Source of the DNA: Candidatus Iainarchaeum sp.
GTDB taxonomy: Archaea; B1Sed10-29; WALL01
DNA: 64,000 nt
Assembly: GCA_023129115.1 (NCBI GenBank)
Contig: JAGMCR010000012.1
Span: forward strand, 1-64,000
Direction: 5' to 3'
Each line of letters starts with the position of its first letter. The first letter of the stretch is position 1. The notes below the pieces were generated by a model. That model saw only the letters and a program-made list of their open reading frames with translations, ran no database searches and was not told the origin of the DNA. A program made the translations under genes and the position numbers. Positions 39,304 to 48,187 of the stretch are shown in pieces.

Positions 39304-39388
39304 GCTAGGGTGGCGGAATCCGGTTAACGCGCGCGCCTCGAGAGCGTGTGGGGGCAACCCCATGCAGGTTCAAATCCTGCCCCTAGCG
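39304..39388 (+). tRNA. tRNA-Ser(CGA)
   Basis: CGCGC-CT CGA GA-GCGTG; long variable arm; G73. Confidence 0.92.
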
Positions 39389-39394
39389 CTCAAT

Positions 39395-39454
39395 GCGCAT
39401 TAGGGCACTCGTCCGGCCTTGTGCCGGACAACGTGCCAGCTGAGTTTTCAGCTG
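39395..39454 (+). mobile_element. Family A element with 19-nt exact duplication of the tRNA-Ser 3' end
   Basis: GTCCGGC-CTTGT-GCCGGAC-AACGTGC-CAGCTGAGTTTTCAGCTG; CCTGCCCCTAGCGCTCAAT at 39376-39394 and 39462-39480. Confidence 0.75.
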
Positions 39455-39494
39455 GTTTGAACCTGCCCCTAGCGCTCAATCCCTGGTGAGACTT

Positions 39495-40184
39495 ATGAAG
39501 CTGGCTTTTACTGACATCGACGGGACGCTGCTGGAGGGGTTCATCAGCGTCGGGTTTGTGGACTACCTGGTGCAAAAGGGAGTGGTCAAGCCTGAATACG
39601 GCGAGGCACAGGACAATCTCATGCAGAGGTTTTACTGTGGGGGGGTTGAGTACCTCCCGTGGCTCGCGGAGTGGTGCGGCATTTGGGCAAAGGCATTAAC
39701 GGGCCTCCGCCAGGACGACATAATCAGCGAGTCAAAAGCGTTTTTCGAGCTGTTCAAGCAAAACATTTTCCCGAACTCCAAAGCGCTCGTGGGGCTCCTG
39801 CACGAGAACGGCTTCAAGGCCGTGGGAATCAGCGTTGGGGCGCTTGAGGCCCAGGAGCGCGTGGCAGAAGAGCTTGGGCTCGACCAGGTCTTTGCCACTA
39901 CTGTTGGCGTCGAGGGCGGGGCCTACACCGGCAGCATCACGTCCGACCTCCATAGCGCGGACGGCAAGGAGCGGCTAATCAAGAGGCTGCTGGAAGAGAA
40001 CAACGTGGGGAAGAGCGTCTGCCTCGGCTTCGGGGACACGCTCCACGACAGCCAGATTTTCCTGAACGTGGGAAAACCAATGCCCCTGAACCCCAACCCT
40101 GCGCTGGAGGAGCTGGCGAACCAAAACGGCTGGACAGTGGCGCGGGACAGCGACGTCCTCGAGAAGGTAAGGCCCCTGCTTTGA
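39495..40184 (+). CDS. HAD-superfamily hydrolase (SerB-like, subfamily IB)
   Basis: FTDIDGTL, K, FGDTLHD, NP motifs. Confidence 0.9.
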   Translation: MKLAFTDIDGTLLEGFISVGFVDYLVQKGVVKPEYGEAQDNLMQRFYCGGVEYLPWLAEWCGIWAKALTGLRQDDIISESKAFFELFKQNIFPNSKALVGLLHENGFKAVGISVGALEAQERVAEELGLDQVFATTVGVEGGAYTGSITSDLHSADGKERLIKRLLEENNVGKSVCLGFGDTLHDSQIFLNVGKPMPLNPNPALEELANQNGWTVARDSDVLEKVRPLL

Positions 40185-40226
40185 CAGCCATACAATTTTA
40201 TACATCAGGCGATTCAATACCCCTTG

Positions 40227-41003
40227 ATGCGATTCACGGGGCTAGTCGCATTGTTGCTGTTGCTAGCCGCTGCAGTAGCGTGTGATGCCTCCGTAGGGAA
40301 CATTGTGGTGGGAACAGCCCCAAATTGCCCGAACGGCGTCGCTCCGGGCGACGTGGAGCTTTACGTTGGCGAGGAGTTCCAGCTCTGCGGCGACGTATAC
40401 CTCAAGGGCGAGCTGCTCATGGCGGGCACGGTGAACGGCAGCGCGGAGGGCGTGATGGACGCGAGGGAGCCAATCGTGAACGGGCGGTTCTCGCTGCGCG
40501 GGATGGCCAGAGAAAAAGAGCACAAGTACCACTACATTTCCATTGCCCTCGAGCAGCCGTGCGGGAAAGTGTTCGAGCCCGTGCCGCTCGAGATTAGGGA
40601 CAGCTGCATCATGATGCCGCCGAGCACGATTGAGGCTGTGCCGGACGTGGTGGTGCCGGGCCAGGACTTCACGCTCCAGGTCAAGAACGCGCCGAGGGAT
40701 CTGCGGATGGAATTGTCCGGGCTTTCTACTCCGGTAACGGCGCTCATTAGCGGGGGGGGCAAGTGGTCCCAGTCGTTCGCGTCCGAGCAGTGCAGTGCTA
40801 TGGGGTCGTGCATAATCCACTTCGACTTCACGAGCACAGAGCACGCGCTCTGCACGGCGAGCGCGGACGTGGTGGTGACCGTGAAGGCGCCTGCCGCGAC
40901 CCCACCGGCTGGGGACGATGACGACCAAACGCTTTTGTTCGTGACACTGGCGCTCTTGATTGTTGGGACTGGCGGCGCGGTAATATTCAACAGGTATTTG
41001 TGA
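40227..41003 (+). CDS. Secreted, C-terminally anchored Cys-rich hypothetical protein
   Basis: Signal peptide, beta-rich body with several Cys, C-terminal TM helix. Confidence 0.7.
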   Translation: MRFTGLVALLLLLAAAVACDASVGNIVVGTAPNCPNGVAPGDVELYVGEEFQLCGDVYLKGELLMAGTVNGSAEGVMDAREPIVNGRFSLRGMAREKEHKYHYISIALEQPCGKVFEPVPLEIRDSCIMMPPSTIEAVPDVVVPGQDFTLQVKNAPRDLRMELSGLSTPVTALISGGGKWSQSFASEQCSAMGSCIIHFDFTSTEHALCTASADVVVTVKAPAATPPAGDDDDQTLLFVTLALLIVGTGGAVIFNRYL

Positions 41004-41410
41004 TGCACAAGACGATTGAGCACGAGGCCGACATTGGAATTCTTGGTTCTGGTGAGACGTGGGAAAAGGCCTTTGCCGAGGGCGCTTTGGCGATGCTTGG
41101 CATCATGGCAGACATTGAGAAGGTCGAGCCGGCACAGGAAGTCGGGATACAGGCCCAGGCCAACGACCGGGACGCCTTGTTCGTCGAGTTCCTGAACGAG
41201 CTTTTGTTTTTGAGGGACGCCGAGGACTTGTTTTTGAGCAAGTTCGAGCTGCGGATTGAGGGGAACTCACTGGCTGGAAAGGCGTGGGGAGAAAAAATCG
41301 ACCAGAAAAAGCACGGCGTCAAAATCGAGGTCAAGGCCGCGACTTATTCCGGGCTGAAGACGTGGGAAGAAAAAGGCAAGAAGTTCGTGCAGTGCGTGGT
41401 GGACGTGTGA
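41003..41410 (+). CDS. Archease
   Basis: EHEADIG, EVKAATYSGL, VVDV; directly upstream of rtcB. Confidence 0.94.
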   Translation: MHKTIEHEADIGILGSGETWEKAFAEGALAMLGIMADIEKVEPAQEVGIQAQANDRDALFVEFLNELLFLRDAEDLFLSKFELRIEGNSLAGKAWGEKIDQKKHGVKIEVKAATYSGLKTWEEKGKKFVQCVVDV

Positions 41411-41414
41411 AGAG

Positions 41415-44342
41415 ATGAAAATCGAGGAGACCGAGAAATTCGTGTGGGAAATCGAGCCCTTCGGCGACATGCGGGTGCCCGGCAGGATTTACGCGGACGA
41501 CGAAATCATGGAGCACTTGAAAGAGGACTTGGTCAAGGAATGGAACGCGCTCCAGCAAGTGATTAACGTTGCCTCGCTGCCGGGGATACAGAAGTATTCA
41601 CTCGCGATGAGTGACGTGCACCCGGGCTACGGCTTCCCGATTGGGGGCGTCGGCGCTTTTGACACAAAAGAGGGCATGATAATGGTCGGGGGCGTCGGGT
41701 TTGATGTTAACTGCCTCTCTGGGGACACGAAAGTGCTCCACGAGCACGGCTACACGCGCCCAATCAAGAGCTTCAAGAAAGACTTCAACAAGCAAAGAAT
41801 CAAGTGCGTCAACCCCCACACAGCAGTCAAGAACACCGGCATTGGCGCGTTCATGGAGTTCAAGCCACGGGCGAGAGTGCTGAAGGTGGTGACAGAAAGC
41901 GGGCGCGAAATAATCGCTACTGAAGACCACCCGTTTCTAACTCCCGGCGGGATGAAGGAACTGAAAGAAATAACAAGCGGCGAAATCTCAGTTTACCCTT
42001 TTGAAGGCGTGAAATACGGAGAGCCGCCCGAATTTAGCGTAGTGACGGAAAAGGATGTTAAACGGCTGCCTCTCGAAAAAGACATGAAACCAACCATTCA
42101 AGAGCTAGAAAAAAGGGGTTTGCTGCCCTTGAAGCCGACTAGTGAAAAGTTTCCATATCTTTTGAAGGTGATGGGGTTTGTGCTGGGTGATGGGGGCATT
42201 TACTTCATAAAAAACAAAGGCACTGTCTGGTTCTACGGCGAGAAGGAAGACCTAGAAAAAATACGGGAAGACGTAAAGAAAATTGGCTTCACTCCCTCAC
42301 GGGTTTATTCACGGGAAAGAAGCCACGAAATAAACACGAATTACGGCAAAGTAAAGTTCTCGCACAACGAAAAGTCGTTCAAGACGACTTCCAGCGCGTT
42401 CGCAGCCCTTTTGTGGGCAATGGGAGTGCCCACTGGCAACAAAGCGCGCCAGGACTGGGGGGTCCCAAAATGGCTTTTCAAGTGCCCAAAATGGCAAAAA
42501 AGGCTTTTCTTGGCTGCCTTCTTTGGCGCTGAACTGACTACTCCCTCCGCCGTCAGCGGCCACGGGTTCAACATCGCGTCTCCCATACTCTCCGTCAACA
42601 AAAAAGATGGGTTCGCCAAAAGCGGCAGGAAATTCCTAGAGTCCATCGCCATGCTCCTTAAAGAGTTTGGAGTGGAAAGCAGCATAATAGCAGAAGAAAA
42701 AAAGAGCTACACCAACAAAGAGGGAGAGGCTTCAACAAGGCTTAGGCTGCAAGTGTCGTCAAAGCCGAAAAACCTTATTCGCTTTTGGAGCCGTGTGGGA
42801 TACGAGTACAACCAAAAGAAAGCATTCCTCGCGAACGCCGCGGTACAGTACTTAATGCTGAAGCAGAGAGTAATCAGGGAAAGAGAGGCCGCAATAAAAA
42901 AAGCCCGGAAGATGAAAACAAGAAACACCCCCACCCAGATATACAACGCCCTGGTTTCGAAGCATGTCAACAAAAGGTTCCTAGAGCGCAGCCTTTACGA
43001 AGAAAGAAAAACGCCGCCAAGGACGCCCAACGCCTTTCCCATTTTCAATGACTTCGTCAAAGAAAAAACGCGGGGACTTGGAAACACTGGCCAGGTCTGG
43101 GACAGGATAGAAAAGAAAGAAGCGGTGGACTATATAGGGCGGGTGTACGACTTCACGGTTTCCGACGAAAACCACAATTTCATCGCAAACAGCTTTGTTG
43201 TCTCCAACTGCGGCGTCAGGGTGATGAAGGCGCCGCTCACGAAAAAGGACATCGAGGGCAAGAAAAAAGAGCTTGCCCAGGCATTGTTCGACAGGGTTCC
43301 GGCGGGGCTCGGGAGCACGGGCGACTTGCGGCTCACCGAAGCGCAGATAGACGAGGTATTGGTCGAGGGCGCGAAATACGCTGTCGAGAATGGGTACGGA
43401 ATCGAGAGCGACCTGGAGTACACAGAGGAAGAGGGGAGAATTGCGGGGGCGCTGCCGGAGGCAGTGTCGCACAAGGCCAAGCAAAGGCAGTTCAAGCAGG
43501 TGGGGACTCTTGGCTCGGGAAACCATTACTTGGAAGTGCAGTACGTGGACGAAGTGTTTGACGAGAAGGCCGCGAAGGCTTTTGGATTGGAGAAGGGCCA
43601 GGTCATGGTCGCGATTCACTGCGGGTCGAGGGCGCTGGGGCACCAGGTCGGGACTGATTACCTCCAGACGCTGGACAATGCCATGAAAAAGTACGGGATT
43701 AAAATCAGGGAGAGGGAACTGGTCGGCGCGCCGTTCGAGAGCGAGGAGGGCCAGCAGTACTTCGGGGCCGTGAACGGGGCGAGTAATGTCGCGTTTGCCA
43801 ACAGGCAGGTGATTGCGCACCTGGCGCGGCAGGTCTTCGTGAAGGTGTTTGGGATTGGCGAGGAAGAGTTCACGCAGCTTTATGATATCGGGCACAATAC
43901 CGCCAAACTGGAGGAGCACGGCGGGAAGAAGCTGATTGTGCACCGCAAGGGCGCGACTCGGGCGTTCGGGCCCGGGCACAAGGAAGTGCCGAAGGCGTAT
44001 CGCTCCGTGGGGCAGCCCGTCTTGATTGGGGGCACGATGGGGACTTGTAGCTATATACTGCACGGCACAGAGACCGGGATGAAAGAGACTTTCGGCAGCA
44101 GCTGCCACGGCGCCGGGAGGCGGATGAGCCGCGCCCAGGCCAAGAAAAAGTGGTGGGGGGAGACTGTGCAGCAGGAACTGGCGACCAAGGGGATTATTGT
44201 GCTGGGCCACTCCAAATCAGGCTTGGCCGAGGAGGCGCCCGGGGCGTACAAGGACGTCAACGAGGTCGTGGGCGTGATGCACGAGACAGACATCGCAAGA
44301 AAGGTCGTCAAGGCGCTTCCAATGGTGAATGTGAAGGGCTAA
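41415..44342 (+). CDS. rtcB: RNA-splicing ligase RtcB containing an intein
   Basis: DVHPGYGFPIG, GFDVN|CGVR, GSGNHY, HCGSR, HNTA, CHGAGR, EEAPGAYKD. Confidence 0.96.
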   Translation: MKIEETEKFVWEIEPFGDMRVPGRIYADDEIMEHLKEDLVKEWNALQQVINVASLPGIQKYSLAMSDVHPGYGFPIGGVGAFDTKEGMIMVGGVGFDVNCLSGDTKVLHEHGYTRPIKSFKKDFNKQRIKCVNPHTAVKNTGIGAFMEFKPRARVLKVVTESGREIIATEDHPFLTPGGMKELKEITSGEISVYPFEGVKYGEPPEFSVVTEKDVKRLPLEKDMKPTIQELEKRGLLPLKPTSEKFPYLLKVMGFVLGDGGIYFIKNKGTVWFYGEKEDLEKIREDVKKIGFTPSRVYSRERSHEINTNYGKVKFSHNEKSFKTTSSAFAALLWAMGVPTGNKARQDWGVPKWLFKCPKWQKRLFLAAFFGAELTTPSAVSGHGFNIASPILSVNKKDGFAKSGRKFLESIAMLLKEFGVESSIIAEEKKSYTNKEGEASTRLRLQVSSKPKNLIRFWSRVGYEYNQKKAFLANAAVQYLMLKQRVIREREAAIKKARKMKTRNTPTQIYNALVSKHVNKRFLERSLYEERKTPPRTPNAFPIFNDFVKEKTRGLGNTGQVWDRIEKKEAVDYIGRVYDFTVSDENHNFIANSFVVSNCGVRVMKAPLTKKDIEGKKKELAQALFDRVPAGLGSTGDLRLTEAQIDEVLVEGAKYAVENGYGIESDLEYTEEEGRIAGALPEAVSHKAKQRQFKQVGTLGSGNHYLEVQYVDEVFDEKAAKAFGLEKGQVMVAIHCGSRALGHQVGTDYLQTLDNAMKKYGIKIRERELVGAPFESEEGQQYFGAVNGASNVAFANRQVIAHLARQVFVKVFGIGEEEFTQLYDIGHNTAKLEEHGGKKLIVHRKGATRAFGPGHKEVPKAYRSVGQPVLIGGTMGTCSYILHGTETGMKETFGSSCHGAGRRMSRAQAKKKWWGETVQQELATKGIIVLGHSKSGLAEEAPGAYKDVNEVVGVMHETDIARKVVKALPMVNVKG
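41712..43208 (+). mobile_element. 499-aa intein with LAGLIDADG endonuclease domain in RtcB
   Basis: Starts CLSGDT, block B TEDHPF, LAGLIDADG motifs GFVLGDG and AAFFGAE, ends VYDFTV..NHNFIAN..VSN before C+1; AT-richer than the exteins. Confidence 0.93.
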
Positions 44343-44375
44343 CGTTTTTATAGGCTGGATTGGTTGTTGATATTA

Positions 44376-45077
44376 ATGGTTGACGCCGCAATGGTCAAGG
44401 AAGTCAAGGACCTGCTCGCAGAAGGCTATACCCCCGACAAAGTCAAGGCTAATTTGGTAAAAATAGGGTTCAGCGAAGCAGAGGCAGAAGAAGTGATTGT
44501 CGAGGCAGGGAAAGGCGTGGCTGCTCCAGAGCCAGGCGCTCCCACCCCAACTGGGGGGGCGCCAATGGGCGCCCCCCCAAAAGCGCCCGAGCCAGCGGCG
44601 CCGAAGCCGGAAGAAGCCCCTACGGCGCCAGCTGAACCACTTGAACCAGAGGCCCCAAAGCCGCCTGAGCCAGTGGCTATGCCAGAGCTGCCGGAAATGA
44701 GCCTGGAGCCGGAGAGCGATGAAGAGCTGCTGCTGGCGGCTGGTGGGGAAGAACCTGGGCCCGCGGAATTGCCGCCCCTTGGGGCGCCTGCGGAATTGCC
44801 GCCTGTTGGGGCTGCCGCCCCTGCACCCGCGGAATTGCCTGTGGGAGAAGCGCCCGCTGCAGAGCCAGAGCATCCAAGGCATCACCGCCGCCACAAGGCA
44901 GTGGCACCAGCGGCTGCCCCGGCAGCGGATGAGGGGACTGCACCCGCCACAGAGGAAGGCGAGAAGACAAAGGCCGGCGGCAAGAAGGCCCTGCTGATTT
45001 TCTTCATCGCATTCGTCATAATACTGGCCATGGCGTACTTCATTGCCTTCCCAAAGCTCGGGATTGAGCTGTTTTAA
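44376..45077 (+). CDS. Pro/Glu/Ala-rich tail-anchored hypothetical protein
   Basis: Helical N-domain (LLAEGYTPDKVKANLVKIGFS), PAELP repeats, C-terminal TM helix. Confidence 0.8.
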   Translation: MVDAAMVKEVKDLLAEGYTPDKVKANLVKIGFSEAEAEEVIVEAGKGVAAPEPGAPTPTGGAPMGAPPKAPEPAAPKPEEAPTAPAEPLEPEAPKPPEPVAMPELPEMSLEPESDEELLLAAGGEEPGPAELPPLGAPAELPPVGAAAPAPAELPVGEAPAAEPEHPRHHRRHKAVAPAAAPAADEGTAPATEEGEKTKAGGKKALLIFFIAFVIILAMAYFIAFPKLGIELF

Positions 45078-45096
45078 AGGGGAAACGCGAGGCTAA

Positions 45097-45210
45097 TATT
45101 TTGTTAGAATCCCAAAATCCATAAGCGACCGATTTGATATCAAAGACGATAATGAGATTTTGTTCAGAGTAACCCCAAATAACAAAATAGAATTGGAGGT
45201 TGTGCGATGA
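45097..45210 (+). pseudogene. AbrB/MazE-like DNA-binding protein fragment
   Basis: YFVRIPKSISDRFDIKDDNEILFRVTPNNKIELEVVR*, preceded in frame by TAA with no start codon; its stop overlaps the next ATG. Confidence 0.55.
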
Positions 45211-45431
45211 AACTGAAACTAGCAAAGAGGCGGCCCCCCCTCGATGTTTTTGATAAAGCCATCCTTCACTATCTTTTACACATACCTGGTTGGGCAACAA
45301 CCAATAACATAGCAAATAGGCTAGAAGTAAGTTGGAATACAGCAGATGCTCATCTGAAAAGGTTAGTGGGATATGGTTTTGTAATAAAAAAAGCCACTGG
45401 AAATAAAGTGTTGTGGAGAGTAAACATCTAA
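45207..45431 (+). CDS. Small winged-helix DNA-binding protein
   Basis: TTNNIANRLEVSWNTADAHLKRL..YGFV; GGAGG RBS. Confidence 0.75.
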   Translation: MKLKLAKRRPPLDVFDKAILHYLLHIPGWATTNNIANRLEVSWNTADAHLKRLVGYGFVIKKATGNKVLWRVNI

Positions 45432-45436
45432 TTTAC

Positions 45437-46927
45437 TTATACTAACATTAGATATAGGGGTATTGGCACCATCATGATACTTAGCTTATTAGAGAACATC
45501 CCAAAATCTTGTTTTGTAAGCATTATTTTTGGATGTGAATTAAATGACAGCAAGCCTTTGAAATCTCCTTTTTCTATTTTGTTTTGATATTTGACTTCAA
45601 AACCCATCAATTGGTCTCCTGTATTTAATACATAATCTACTTCAGTATCTTTTTCAGAGAAAAATAGTAGATGGTTCCATGGTTCAAATACATCTCTTGG
45701 ATTATGTGCAAAAGCCACTCGAACTAGATGATCCCCAACAACCGCTTCTACTAAATTAGATTTCAATTGAGTATCCAACAAGAAATTAATTGAATGAGAA
45801 AAAGGGTCTGAAACACCATCGAGATGACCGCGAATACAATGGAAGAAAAAGGGATTGCATACAAAAACCTTCTTTTCATGGGCACGCGTGTCAGGCACCC
45901 TACTCTCAGTTATTCTAAATACTACATGGAGAAAGAACATATCCCGCAGTAAATAACAGTAACTACGAACCGTTTTTAGGCTGCGTCTGATATTTTTTGC
46001 CATTGCACCCCAATTTGTGTCCGAGCCCATGACACTAATAACTTCCCGAAGCACTTCTTCTGTAATAACTATATCCCGTTTAAGAGTTTTCGTGTCTTCA
46101 TTGAGGTATTTCCAATACACATCATAAACAGAAGGAGGGATGGAACGATTGCTGAAAAAATGGTTGACTGCGGGCATAACCCCTCCATTGATTAGATATT
46201 CATCAAAAAGAGTATTCAGCTCAGAAGAAAATGGCCTTAGGGCTTGTAATCCTTTTGGGACCTCCCCCTCAAATAATGCTGCTCTAGCAGCAATTCTTGC
46301 TTCGTTACCGAGAAGGTTATATTCCTCAAGCACGCGTTGTATTTCTGGATTTCGTAAGCCAACGTACTCTGCAAACTTCATGGGTGCTAAGATTTTATGG
46401 GTGGTTAGCCCCTGATATTCACCAGAACGCCCAGTGAAATAATTTAAGGCTTTACCTATCTCAACGGAATGAGAGCCACTAACTAAAATAGAGAGATTTT
46501 TCCTGTGGGTCTCTTTAAATGGTTTAATTGCCTCCCACCAGTTTTCGACGCGGGAAATCTCATCTAAAAAAATGAATTTCCTTCCAGAACTTAGAGTGTT
46601 ACTCCAATCAAAGTAAGTGTTCAGTAAACTGAGTAATTTACCGGGTTTGAGTATTGTATCACAGGAAATATAGCATATATCATAGGGATTAATCCCTGCC
46701 TCAAGTTTCTCACGTATTAGTAATTTCATTAGGGTGGTTTTACCTACTTGTCGTGGTCCTCTAATAGAACCAATAGTGTCCATCTCAAGATTGGCCGCAA
46801 TATACTGCTTTATCCTAGGCTTCCATTTTAGCGGGGCTTCCTCAAATTTTTCAATCTCATAGTCTTGACTAATAGTAGATTTGTCCGCCCACCAGGGGTT
46901 TTGTTTTGAAATATCATTCCAATTCAT
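45437..46927 (-). CDS. AAA+ ATPase (AAA_14 + DUF4143 type)
   Basis: QNPWW, GPRQVGKTT, FLDEI, SGS, NGGVMP, EVDYV...FEVKY. Confidence 0.88.
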   Translation of the reverse strand: MNWNDISKQNPWWADKSTISQDYEIEKFEEAPLKWKPRIKQYIAANLEMDTIGSIRGPRQVGKTTLMKLLIREKLEAGINPYDICYISCDTILKPGKLLSLLNTYFDWSNTLSSGRKFIFLDEISRVENWWEAIKPFKETHRKNLSILVSGSHSVEIGKALNYFTGRSGEYQGLTTHKILAPMKFAEYVGLRNPEIQRVLEEYNLLGNEARIAARAALFEGEVPKGLQALRPFSSELNTLFDEYLINGGVMPAVNHFFSNRSIPPSVYDVYWKYLNEDTKTLKRDIVITEEVLREVISVMGSDTNWGAMAKNIRRSLKTVRSYCYLLRDMFFLHVVFRITESRVPDTRAHEKKVFVCNPFFFHCIRGHLDGVSDPFSHSINFLLDTQLKSNLVEAVVGDHLVRVAFAHNPRDVFEPWNHLLFFSEKDTEVDYVLNTGDQLMGFEVKYQNKIEKGDFKGLLSFNSHPKIMLTKQDFGMFSNKLSIMMVPIPLYLMLV

Positions 46928-46948
46928 ATAAACCAAACAGGACCGATA

Positions 46949-46998
46949 TATGAGTTTGTTTATATATAAAACTGTATCCATCTATGAGTTTGTTTATA
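46949..46998. repeat. 16-bp direct repeat upstream of the ATPase
   Basis: TATGAGTTTGTTTATA at 46949-46964 and 46983-46998. Confidence 0.75.
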
Positions 46999-47100
46999 AA
47001 TGGAAATGGAATGTTCTGGTATGACCTATATTGAGTATACCCCATATAGCATATATCTACAAGAGCGTGTATTGGCGTATCCAGGGCGTGTGTGTGCGTG

Positions 47101-47209
47101 TTGGGGGGTTATTGGGGGGTAGCTGGGGGGTAGCTGGGGGTTGTATATGGGTGACACACAGGTGGTTACCGGGTTGTTACCTGGTTGTCACCGGGTTAAC
47201 CCTGGTTGG
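47101..47209. repeat. Low-complexity G-run and GGTTGTTACC-type tandem repeats
   Basis: Four G6 runs at about 10-11 nt period, then GGT(G/T)GT(T/C)ACC(G/T) units. Confidence 0.7.
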
Positions 47210-47506
47210 ATAGTGCTTGTTGGCCGCTTAATTCTGCTTAGATTTTGGTTATTCACCAGTGCCATCCTGTAAACCCCATATCCATCAAAAGGGAACGCAT
47301 AAGAATGAGGTACGCACAGAATGAAAATGAAAACTGAAAAGGGGGTGAAAAAATGAAATTGAAAGGACAGATTAACACGAAAGAAGGAGTTAGAGAGTTC
47401 GAGTTTGAAGGAAACGCTGGAGAGGTAGGACGGCTTCCAGAACATGCAGAGAAAATAAAGAAAGCATTCGAGAAATTGCTGGAATAGCTCAGAGAGGGTA
47501 GAGGGG

Positions 47507-47749
47507 TTAACCACCCCTCTTAAAGAGCCTATCAATAAACCATAAAAGAAACATGAGGGATACAAGCCACCAACGAGCAGTAGACTCAATTAGCGCAAAA
47601 AAAACAAGAATAATCAAAAGGGCTGAAGTGAGCTTATCTTCAAAATTCTCTGCCGAGGCAAACAGAACGAATAGAACATCCTCAAATATCTTTTTTATCA
47701 AATCAACTATCCAACTGGGAGCACTTTTGAGCCATTCTACAATAGATAT
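47507..47749 (-). CDS. Small membrane hypothetical protein (start uncertain: ATA 47749 or TTG 47701)
   Basis: Hydrophobic ORF in frame with and directly after 47756-47959; GGTGA SD precedes the ATA. Confidence 0.45.
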   Translation of the reverse strand: MSIVEWLKSAPSWIVDLIKKIFEDVLFVLFASAENFEDKLTSALLIILVFFALIESTARWWLVSLMFLLWFIDRLFKRGG

Positions 47750-47755
47750 AACTAA

Positions 47756-47959
47756 TCACCCATTGAGATACTTCAATGAAACATAAACCAGACCCAATCC
47801 AGCAAGTATGAACACCCCTGGAAGCCACCAAATTTCTAGTGATTCTAAGCTTAGGGGGGACAATTTATGAAGCTCCAAAAGCCATTTAGCACCGTAACCA
47901 ATTGCAGAGGCACCAATCAAAGCCTTGATATACGCAGCATCTTTTTTGTTTAGTGGCAT
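47756..47959 (-). CDS. Small membrane hypothetical protein
   Basis: AGGTGA SD upstream of the ATG; two hydrophobic helices. Confidence 0.55.
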   Translation of the reverse strand: MPLNKKDAAYIKALIGASAIGYGAKWLLELHKLSPLSLESLEIWWLPGVFILAGLGLVYVSLKYLNG

Positions 47960-48073
47960 TTTCTCACCTTCTTCTACCAATTACCTTCACCCCCCTTATA
48001 ACTATTTAGGAGTTTATGTGCAGAATCTGGGACTTTGTGTGCAGGCCCTAGTTTATGTGCAAAGCCCCCTTTA

Positions 48074-48089
48074 TGGAAACCTTTATAAA
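48074..48089 (+). promoter_or_regulatory. BRE-TATA promoter of the rpl3 superoperon
   Basis: GGAAA-CC-TTTATAAA about 100 nt before the rpl3 ATG. Confidence 0.65.
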
Positions 48090-48107
48090 CAAAACTATTT
48101 ACAAATG

Positions 48108-48160
48108 TGCCGACTCCCCTGGACCAGGGTGGTCTGCCAATTTCTTGGCATAGTCCGGCA
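48108..48160 (+). promoter_or_regulatory. Candidate structured 5' leader of rpl3 (three-way junction)
   Basis: TGCCG-ACT/AGT-C-CGGCA closing stem enclosing CCCTG/CAGGG and TGCCAA/TTGGCA hairpins. Confidence 0.4.
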
Positions 48161-48187
48161 TTCATTAGCTATGGGTATCGATGCGCT

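Noticed and set aside
47188-47589. 133-aa minus-strand ORF
   Set aside because: Low-complexity Phe/Leu/Ser composition derived from a purine-rich tract; overlaps a better ORF.
46930-48100. Chromosomal replication origin
   Set aside because: No recognisable ORB repeats, no cdc6/orc1 gene and no switch in gene orientation.
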